DNA from: Candidatus Latescibacterota bacterium
GTDB lineage: Bacteria; Latescibacterota; UBA2968
Assembly: GCA_965204745.1 (NCBI GenBank)
Contig: OZ242010.1
Span: 2,496,001 to 2,560,000, forward strand
Length of the DNA: 64,000 nucleotides
Direction: 5' to 3'
Each line of letters opens with the position of its first letter. The first letter of the stretch is position 1. Made by a program: the position numbers and the translations under genes. Positions 63,501 through 64,000 of this stretch are shown piece after piece. A model generated the notes under the pieces. It ran no database searches. It saw nothing but the letters and a program-made list of their open reading frames with translations, and was not told where the DNA came from.

Positions 63501-63770
63501 CACCGTGTGATAGCCCACGAGTGATGCCTGCACTTCGTACACGCCCGGCAACACCTGAATGACGAAATACTCGCCATTGACATCGGCGGTCGCGCCGAGC
63601 CGCGTACCCGCGATCACCACATTGGCCCCCGGCAAGGGGTCGCCGGTATTGGCATCGGTGATGCGCCCCGCGATTTTGCCCGTGGTGGTCTGTGCATCGG
63701 CGCGATGCGCTAGACCAAACCCCAGGGCAATGGCGAGTGCGGTGTAAAACCATGACTTATAGCGATTCAT
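60570..63770 (-). CDS. TonB-dependent receptor with N-terminal carboxypeptidase-like regulatory domain
   Basis: GKIAGRITD...PLPGANV, IRG, TGGFSAEYG, SPRFGVSHP, terminal Phe; AGGAGG SD. Confidence 0.92.
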   Translation of the reverse strand: MNRYKSWFYTALAIALGFGLAHRADAQTTTGKIAGRITDANTGDPLPGANVVIAGTRLGATADVNGEYFVIQVLPGVYEVQASLVGYHTVSKTDVVVSVDRTSPVNFSLTESTVELSEITVVAERPPIELEVSYAQTIMKATEVRETPTGPRLRDAFATQVGVDRDAWGLTIRGASEEELLYTLDGVGMKDNRNNRPYSSFSKTNLAEVQILTGGFSAEYGDVRSGVVNIVTREPRQFTINADARFNPAGRKHFGPEVYSSDNWWDVGRFESDTPTADLNGDGTPDFKGWTQEFADRGGAEGNWTAGIFDDPIQSIAQAKGIWAWQHRNFELDGNDGYNANAGDREADYHYDATLGTPIISDKLSLMVTSQRERTAYVYDLSKTSYRDNMLQGKLTMTPTATTKLSLGYLRGWADGAKRGDFTGTFVRSQYEASLRFDDVQMFAPGSQNNQQTIGRNYFTLNWSHTLSPKTFYNLTARYGRTDWEATWQKPQARGIPRAAVYPDGRIEEFEDYASEIAQFQEGNEAVTPNANVERARAAGAVILDEAPVGWNYANRRNDILGIYRLRGGGGSSRSADWSYIRETDLTFDITSQMTPHHQIKAGIQAHTFYLREFRGYVSTLPTRPDGWESDNPADIVATQTANLHNYYVKTPWYGGLFVQDRMEYRQIVVNAGLRLDFHRPDKWFDLVGQPHDEYIGSNATRLYENRRRVRAPTQWTWSPRFGVSHPTTATSKLYFNYGHFYQVPTTVELYRAQSGAGEPLENFGNPWVEMPQTIAYELGFEKSFAGTYLASSTVYFKDIDKELEPNTSYYTLNSTSRRTRWTTSGRIKDVRGYEIAFKKSRGQFFTGFISYDYRQERRRRIGWDRIYDQNTVTTPSRLLIDVNANAANEAFKARPIWKLGLNFRTPLDYGAEQRMWKGGWEANLFFRREGGWWMNYNPTNDPALQNVLNVQWTDSNIADLRISKAFDIAGAPLLYLEIHNIFNFKNFNHHRDFDGEVWDYPNTNDDAKARAYMERLGWTVDSSGNLQEGSRPGSDVDLNNFQETRRPYLVYLDRRDIAFGLRFSF

Positions 63771-64000
63771 AAAACATCCTCCTTTATGGTTTCTTCCCAA
63801 TATTGGGGAAGACGAGGGAAAGATTCTCTCGGCCCTTTCCCAAAGCCGATTTCTCCATACCTCAAGAGAGAAACTGCCAACGACAAATCACCTACAAGAC
63901 ATCACCTCCTTTTTTTGCCCTATATACTCGGGACACCTCAACCACTGCTGCGATGAACTGCTCGTGCCAAAAATCTCATGTAAAGACCAGAAAGTCAAGA

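Overview
Bacterial chromosomal window of fairly high GC. The gene content (PorV, T9SS-type C-terminal domain, GWxTD protein, YWTD-propeller kinase, dense REP/MITE repeats) suggests a Latescibacterota/Gemmatimonadota-like, possibly sponge-associated organism; this is inference only. The core (12.5-42.4 kb) is a tRNA cluster, secE-nusG-rplKAJL-rpoBC, the str, S10, spc and alpha ribosomal protein operons, and greA. The left accessory region holds a composite REP array, a BCCT transporter, an unknown two-gene cassette, a collapsed type III-A CRISPR-Cas remnant (Cas10-HD/Csm4-like fragments fused in frame to a CARF-HEPN gene, no array), and plant-type threonine synthase plus cystathionine gamma-synthase. 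The right accessory region holds a BamA-like OMP, a REP-flanked Ser/Thr kinase with a hypervariable YWTD propeller, two NTT nucleotide transporters (one HEAT-fused) with a cNMP-binding protein, a response regulator, a TPR-PPIase, a GWxTD protein, an unannotated 54-aa ORF with its own promoter, and a TonB receptor/T9SS cargo/PorV triplet. Other points of note are ~30-nt mobile-looking elements sitting 3' of TTTG, RpoB D516Q/S522D and RpsL G92S. All family calls come from motif recognition by eye; no searches were run.
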